From Octopus bimaculoides (taxonomy: Eukaryota), in the NCBI RefSeq assembly GCF_001194135.2, contig NC_069002.1, positions 13,143,637 through 13,183,078 of the forward strand: 39,442 nt of DNA, given 5' to 3'. The position numbers and the translations under genes were made by a program. The notes beneath the pieces are model-generated. The model did not search any database. It saw only the letters and a program-made list of their open reading frames with translations, and was not told where the DNA came from. Shown piece after piece: positions 32,291 to 39,442 of the stretch; within the stretch, counting starts at the first letter, position 1, and each line of letters starts with the position of its first letter.

Positions 32291-33160
32291 GAATAATGCC
32301 ATTCTGGTCCACTAGGTCACTGATGCATGTTGCTTAGCTAACCATTATTGTGGTCCACTAATAATATTTACATCAAGGAATAAAGACATCAGGTGATCAC
32401 AGGTCAAACCAGTTAAATTGTGGTGCAAATGTGAATGTTGAAAAGAGAACATCTTCCTTGTCTGAAGATTAATAGTGAGAACAAGAAAAATCTTGTTGAA
32501 CTCTGCTTGATCATTTAGGCATTTAATTTTTCACAGTTCTTTCTTTCCATCTTTTATTTTTTTCATTCTCCTCCATGCCTGTTCTTTGACCGTGTTTTCT
32601 TGTAAGTAACATATTCCTAAGACAATGCAAAACAATGTTACTTCTCTCCTTCTCTTTCGAATGGTGTTATTTGCTGCTTCTGCTGTTATTACTTGTTGCT
32701 GTTGTTGTTGTTAATGCTGTCTCTCACTGACCGTTAAGTTTTGAATTACATGCAGGCTAGAATCAGCTCCCTTGTATGGCGGATGTTTACAAAAGAACGA
32801 AGAAGTTTCAGAGCAGAGATTACATCAGGAATCCCTGCAAACGGCCCCAAAAACCAGGTCAGGTGGGATCAGCTCTTGATTGGCCCCTTCACTCTGTAAC
32901 TCCTCTCTCTTTAAACTTCAGCTTCTACAAATCTTGTCCTTCATTTCTTCTTCTTCTTCCTTTTCTTCATTGTTATTATTGTATTGTCATCTTCACCCTC
33001 CCACCCATCTTCAACTACAGCTAATCTCTGTAAACACAGACCCCTTTCATTCTCACTTGTAGCTGTGTCACTTCATTTACATTGTCCTCTGGAATACCAT
33101 AAGGTCTCAAACTTCCTGCCTTTTCTCCATAAACGTAAGGTTTTTCTCCTCAGTCAAAGT

Positions 33161-34290
33161 AAAGTGGTACGCTGGCGGAATCGGTGCATTGGGCAAACTG
33201 CTTAGTATCATTTCTTCTGGCCTTACATTCTGACTTTGCTTTTTACTCTTTTATGTGTGTATGTGGGGGTTCAATAAAATAAGTATCAGTTGAGCACTGG
33301 GACCAATGTAATTGACTGACCCTCATCCCCAAAATTTCTAGCCTTGTGCCTGTAGTAGTAAAATTATTATTTTTATTAAAAGCAGCAAGTTGGCAGAATT
33401 GTTAGCATGCTGGGGAAAATGTTTAGCAACATTTCTTGTGGCTTTGCATTTTGAGTTCAAATTCCACAACAGTTAACTTAGCTTTTTACCCTTTTGGGGG
33501 TTGATAAAATAAGTACCAGTTGAACACTGGAGTCGATGTAATTGACTAGTCCACTCCCCCATAATCTCAGACCTTGTGCTTTTAGTAGAAAGGATTATTA
33601 TTATTATGCCAGTGAGCTGGCAGAATTGTTAGCATGCCGGACAAAATGCTTAACGGTATTTCATCCGTCTTTATGTCCAGTGTTCAAATTCCGCCAAGGT
33701 CGACTTTGCCTTTCATCCATTTGAGCTCGATAAAATAAGTACCAGTTGAGCACTGGGGTTGATGTAATCGATTTACCCCTCCCCCAAAATTGCTGGCCTT
33801 GTGCCAAAATTTGAAACCATTATTATCATTATTATTGTTGTATACAAGCTGGAAGAGTCATTAGCACACAGAAAAAAAGGGTTAGCAGCATTTCTTCTGG
33901 GTTCAAATGCTGCCAAGGTCAACTTTGCCTTTCATCCTTTCATGGTTGAGAGAATAACGTACCAGTTGGGTACTGGGGTTGATGTAATCGACTAGTCCTG
34001 TCCCCTAAAATTGCTGACCTGTCCCCTAAGATTGTCGTTATCAAAGGCAGTGGATTGGCTAAATCATTAGTGTCGGAGAAATTGCTGTGCAGTATTTATT
34101 CCAGGTTTTTGCGTTCTGGATTCAGATCCTGTTGAAGTCAACTATACAACTTCCCCTCCCCTCAAAAAATCAAGCCTCGTGCCTATGTTAGAACTATTAG
34201 GGGAAGTGGATTGGTAGAATTGTGTCGGACAAAATGTATTGCAGAATTTTTTCCTGTTGACTACTGGGGTTGATATAATTGACTATGCTC
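33161..34290 (+). mobile_element. Head-to-tail cluster of about six family D SINE copies
   Basis: Units start near 33161, 33381, 33608, 33842, 34045 and 34201. The first three end in (ATT)n tails. Confidence 0.85.
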
Positions 34291-34812
34291 CTCTGTGTGT
34301 GTGTGTGTGTGTGAAATAGAGAGACTGACCACCATAATCTCCTTTTATCTCATTTCCCTCCATGTTTCTAATTTCTCTCTAAGGCTTTCCATCTTCCTTT
34401 TTCCATAAATTTCTCTTCATGCCTCGTTTTCCCTATCCTGTTTTTACTTTGTCCTATTGTTCTCTCCAATTGGGAGCTGTATCCCACCATCCAAAGGAAT
34501 ATTGCATTATTGTCCTTTGATAAAAATAGACTTTCTATGAAGTTTTTTAATTTATTTTAAAGAATTCATTAGTTCTTTTTTTTAAAAGTCTTGTAATTAA
34601 TTAAACTCAGTCATTAACTTGTTTTCATCCATCATTACAAAGAAATAAGAATCTTAAAATATTTTATTTCTTATAAGTTCTGTCATCCTTCATGTAACTC
34701 AGCGGCTGAAGAAGATGGCAACTGTAACCAATGTCATTAATTTCTTTCTAAAGTAGGAAACCTCTTGTCTAACGTTCTTCCCAATCCTTAAATTATCCAT
34801 CAACTCTACATG

Positions 34813-35595
34813 NNNNNNNNNNNNNNNNNNNNNNNNNNNNNNNNNNNNNNNNNNNNNNNNNNNNNNNNNNNNNNNNNNNNNNNNNNNNNNNNNNNNNNNN
34901 NNNNNNNNNNNNNNNNNNNNNNNNNNNNNNNNNNNNNNNNNNNNNNNNNNNNNNNNNNNNNNNNNNNNNNNNNNNNNNNNNNNNNNNNNNNNNNNNNNNN
35001 NNNNNNNNNNNNNNNNNNNNNNNNNNNNNNNNNNNNNNNNNNNNNNNNNNNNNNNNNNNNNNNNNNNNNNNNNNNNNNNNNNNNNNNNNNNNNNNNNNNN
35101 NNNNNNNNNNNNNNNNNNNNNNNNNNNNNNNNNNNNNNNNNNNNNNNNNNNNNNNNNNNNNNNNNNNNNNNNNNNNNNNNNNNNNNNNNNNNNNNNNNNN
35201 NNNNNNNNNNNNNNNNNNNNNNNNNNNNNNNNNNNNNNNNNNNNNNNNNNNNNNNNNNNNNNNNNNNNNNNNNNNNNNNNNNNNNNNNNNNNNNNNNNNN
35301 NNNNNNNNNNNNNNNNNNNNNNNNNNNNNNNNNNNNNNNNNNNNNNNNNNNNNNNNNNNNNNNNNNNNNNNNNNNNNNNNNNNNNNNNNNNNNNNNNNNN
35401 NNNNNNNNNNNNNNNNNNNNNNNNNNNNNNNNNNNNNNNNNNNNNNNNNNNNNNNNNNNNNNNNNNNNNNNNNNNNNNNNNNNNNNNNNNNNNNNNNNNN
35501 NNNNNNNNNNNNNNNNNNNNNNNNNNNNNNNNNNNNNNNNNNNNNNNNNNNNNNNNNNNNNNNNNNNNNNNNNNNNNNNNNNNNNNNNNNNNNNN
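34813..35595. other. Largest assembly gap (others: 1244-1324, 4100-4466, 8098-8260, 13081-13240, 17813-18438, 19442-19835, 26076-26578, 27319-27627)
   Basis: N-runs, most of them inside or abutting repeats. Confidence 0.99.
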
Positions 35596-36893
35596 CTTTC
35601 TACTAAAATGTTAAGTCTATCAATTTTTTCTCAAAAATAAATTGTTAGTGCTTCTTCTTGGCTGAAGACAGTTGAACTGATATTAAGTGATTTGAAGATC
35701 AAATTATTTCTTTAGGAATCCAGGACTCTTTAAATAAATAAATAAACAAAATCTTCAAGTAAATAAAACTTAAATTTTGGTAAATTCTTCAGTGGAATTT
35801 CCACTTCAAATTTCAAAACAACTGATTGCAAAGTTTATTGATCATATATTGTAGCAAGATTTCCAAAAAAAAAAAAAAAAATTCTTGTGCTATCCTGCAA
35901 CTTCCTTTCAAGTTAAATAGTTTTATAAATGTTGTTAGTATGAAGTTGGTAGTATTTGTGGCATCATTTGGTAGAATTAGTGTTTCATTATAGCCATATC
36001 TTAGTAGTTCCATCATCTATGGACCTGTGTGTATGTGTGTATGTATGTATGTCTATAGTTGCACCTATATTTCAAACTTAGTCACGTTAGTATTGTCTAT
36101 ACTGTGAAACAAAATTAGCTTCCTTTATCAGATTTTGTTTACAGGTTCACAAATTTTGGAAGGAAACAAAACAAAACCATTCCAACAAAAAGACTGAAAT
36201 AGTGAAGTAACAATCAATATTTTAGATTGTTATTTCACAACATTAACATTTAAGTAATGGCTACTTCATCTCAACCAAACTGCTCATTTTTATTATTATT
36301 ATTTTTGAAGCTGCATCAGCCTAAATTTTTAGGCTTTTCTTTATATTTTGTTGTGATTTTAATTTTGTTTTCTTTTCAGTGAAGTTGCAATTGTTTTTAT
36401 TCAAATATTTTTTTTTTTCCAAATTGCAAAATTTCTTTAAACGAATTTGTCTTTTTAACTGATTGCCTTTTTTTTACTTTACTTTTATCAATAAATCCTG
36501 CAGTTGATATCAGTGTTTCTTATTTTATTTTTTATCTTCATCAGCAAAAAAAATCAAAAAAAACAACAAAAAAAAGCCCAAGCTACAAATTGTTGCTATT
36601 TGTGTGTTTTTAGATTGTTATAGTCTACACAAATTTCTCTTTTTATTTGCCACCAGTTTCTTCTGATTTTTGGCTTTGATGTCAACCTATGCTGTTATGA
36701 ACTCCATCTTCTGAGATGAGATGAGCAATGATGTGTCTTTTTTTATAACGCTGACATTATTCAAACAATAATAATAATAATAATAATAATGTTGTTGCCT
36801 TGTTTGTTTGCAAGTTCATAATTATGAGAAAAGCACCAAAGCAAAATAACATGCCTCACTTTATTTCATTGTTTCTTTTTTCTCTGTGTATTA

Positions 36894-36934
<41 letters not shown>

Positions 36935-37269
36935 ATGTGTGTGTATGCACATATATGCGTGATGTATATCAATACACTGTCTATTTTTGCTTTGAACAAA
37001 TGTAATTTTCCTTTGTGGATCTTAAAGGTTGTATTGTTTTTGTTAGTTTCTCTCTCTTTCTCTCTCGTATATAGCCATGTATCTTCTCTATAGTAAGACC
37101 CCTGTTCTTATCCCTCTGTCAGACTTTAAACTCTCAACACTTTGCATAAAACTACCTTTGCCCTCTCAAATACTCCCTCCTTCCACACACTCTTAGTTAA
37201 GGGGGGCTTTCCTTCTTCCTAGTTTTTTGTCTGTCTCGCGAGTTATGTGACAACCTCTTTAGTGCTGGT

Positions 37270-37456
37270 GACATAAGAAAATCCCCAAATACACTGTAAA
37301 GTGGTTGTGTTTGGAAGGGCATCCAGTTGTAGAGACCATGCCAAAACTGACACTGGAACTTAGTGCAGCCTTTTTGCTTGCCAGATCCTGTTCAAACCAT
37401 CCACCCTTTGCCAGCATGGAAAAATGGATGTTAAATGACGACGACAACGATGATGG
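37270..37456 (+). mobile_element. RTE-type 3' end, diverged
   Basis: GGAAGGGCATCCAGTTGTAGAGACCATGCC...GGATGTTAAATGACGACG. Confidence 0.8.
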
Positions 37457-38348
37457 TGATATATGTGACTTCTGTCATTGAAGGTTGATTGTGCATCTGC
37501 ACAGATATGTGTAAGCCTTGAGCAAGCTTTTTTTTCTGGAAGACAGGTATGCAGATCTTCCTTTTCCACAAATATTGGTGTTCATCCAAAAATGGTCATT
37601 GCTGGCATTGCTGTCTGAACAGTTGGAACCAGAAGGTATCTGGGCCCTGACCTTTTAACAGTTTTGTTACTCCACTGGCCTGGATTCTTTTATCCTTTTA
37701 CTGGTTTTCATGAGGCACTGATGATGGTGTTTTGTTTTAAACAATTCTCAGAAGAATAAAAGACAATGTTGGACTCAGTGAGGTTGAGAGAAATACTGTT
37801 AGCAATTCTGTCAAATGGTCTGATGGAGCTGGGTCTTCCTTCTGTTGCTGTGTGTTTATTGATTGTTGCTGCTGTTGTTTTTACAAGTGAGCATGGGAAA
37901 CTCAGAATAGCAACTGGAGAGGGCAGGGGAGCCGCAGCTTTGAATGCACACACATACAAACCATACATACACTGACACAAAAGAATACACATTCCCAATG
38001 CAAAGTGAAAGATTGAAAGAAAAAATAGCTCAACAAATGTCTGTCTGTTTGTCTATCTATCCATCCATAGATAGATAGATAGACATGAAATGGGTGTGCG
38101 GGTACATATTTGAATTGTATGTGTGACTCTCCCTCCTTCTCTCTCACTTGTTCTCCTCTCTCCCTCCCCCTCACCGATTCTCTTCTCTTTAACTGCCTTC
38201 CTTCTCACACTACTAAATTATCAACATAAATTTTAAAGTTATCCCCTCTCCCATTCACAAAACTTCATTTTTTCCAGGTATTCAACTGTTTAACCATCAC
38301 ATTATCAACTCTTCTAAAAAAAATTGTCATAAGTTTTCTTCAGGTGTG

Positions 38349-38738
38349 TGGAGGTGCAATGGCCCAGTGGTTAGGGGAGCGGACTCGCGGTCATAGGATC
38401 GCGGTTTCGATTCCCAGACCAGGCATTGTGAGTGTTTATTGAGCGAAAACACCTAAAGCTCCATGAGGCTCCGGCAGGGGATGGTGGTGAACCCTGCTGT
38501 ACTCTTCCACCACAACTTTCTCTCACTCTTACTTCCTGTTTCTGTTGTGCCTGTAATTCAAAGGGTCAGCCTTGTCACACTGTGTCACGCTGAATATCCC
38601 CAAGAACTACGTTAAGGGTACACGTGTCTGTGGAGTGCTCAGCCACTTGCACGTTAATTTCACGAGCAGACTGTTCCGTTGATCAGATCAACTGGAACCC
38701 TTGACGTCGTAAGCGACGGAGTGCCAACAACAACAACA
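38349..38738 (+). mobile_element. SINE family B, full length with (AAC)n tail
   Basis: High identity to the 30880 copy. Confidence 0.93.
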
Positions 38739-38994
38739 TGTATATGTATCTATGTGTGTGCTTACATTTTAAAGTTACTTACCTGAGTAGTTTTTTTCCC
38801 TGTCAACAAGTTATCCATTTACTTCACACCTTCATAGACATGTGAAAATAAAAATTCCTTATTTGAAAAATTGGTAAGGGTTAGTGACAGGAAGAGCATC
38901 TAACTATACAACAATCTGTCAGTAGTATATCCATCTAACCCATACTGACATGGCAAAATGGATATAAACCAAATAAACAAATATATATGTGGCT

Positions 38995-39400
38995 GTTTTA
39001 ACATCCGCTTTTCCATGCTCTTATGGATCAAATGGAGTTTATTTATGCAGAATTTCTACAACCAGATGCCCCTCCTGTCACCAACCCTCACCTGTTTCCA
39101 AGTGAGGCAATATTTCTCTATGACAATTCATTTTTTCACTGAAGATTGGAAATGAAGGACTCTGCTTGCATGACGGTGGCACTTGTTTACAACTCTCCTG
39201 AAATTGTCAAGGCAACGTGATAGTAACACACACACACACATGATGGGCTTCTTTCAGTTTCCATCTCTGAAATCCACTCACAAGGTTTTGGTTGGCCTGG
39301 AGCTATAGTAGAACATACTTGCCCAAAGTGCTATGCAGTGGGACTGAACCTGGAACAATGTGGTTGGAAAACAAACTTCTTACCATGCAACCACTCCTGC

Positions 39401-39403
<3 letters not shown>
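38995..39403 (-). mobile_element. Chimeric retroposon: family A head (39403-39243) + (TG)n + older RTE-like tail
   Basis: On the minus strand the A head is followed by a TG repeat and then GGTTGGTGACAGGAGGGGCATC...GCATGGAAAAGCGGATGTTAAA. Confidence 0.75.

Positions 39404-39442
<39 letters not shown>

Noticed and set aside
32752-32859. Possible exon (TGCAG acceptor, CAG-GTCAGG donor) open in two frames
   Set aside because: Neither translation resembles the expected USP16/45 continuation and the polypyrimidine tract is weak.
34700-34740. CTGAAGAAGATGG..CCA..GTC hammerhead-like remnant (a CTGATGA..GAAAC on the minus strand near 36510-36545 was also considered)
   Set aside because: GAAA or stem II is missing and no stem I could be built.
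36144-36207. Acceptor-like TTTTGTTTACAG followed by VHKFWKETKQNHSNKKTEIV
   Set aside because: No similarity to USP catalytic sequence; weak donor.
37708-37998. 96-aa minus-strand ORF and a Gln-rich alternative frame
   Set aside because: It starts in low-complexity sequence, has no recognisable domain and no partner exons; unsupported without RNA-seq.

Overview
AT-rich, microsatellite- and retroposon-dense eukaryotic DNA from a gapped draft scaffold (nine N-runs). The repeat content suggests an octopus or other cephalopod genome; this is an inference. One protein-coding gene is supported: the 5' part of a USP16/USP45-family deubiquitinase on the + strand. Seven GT-AG coding exons (18814-25384, 627 nt, 209 codons) splice in frame from MGKK through a complete 12-ligand ZnF-UBP domain to the catalytic Cys box GISNLGNTCFLNAVLQ. 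I could not find the remaining catalytic exons in the window. The rest is mostly transposon-derived: several tRNA-headed SINE families (informally A, B, D, F and H here), 3' fragments of an RTE-type LINE with (GAT)n tails, TTAA-CCC (piggyBac-like) MITEs, a hAT/Charlie-like MITE and a foldback element carrying telomere-like repeats. The most notable signals are two hammerhead-ribozyme systems. The first is a tandem pair of highly structured ~223-bp units (2926-3502, 354-nt period), each with a type I hammerhead fold, a palindromic stem III and a different core mutation, resembling a retrozyme. The second is a tRNA-headed SINE (19951-20199, minus strand) with an intact minimal Penelope-type hammerhead and an inverted terminal piece. 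Nearly all ORFs in the supplied track are repeat, microsatellite or N-gap artefacts. Repeat-family affinities are from memory and need database confirmation; SINE and LINE boundaries are approximate.
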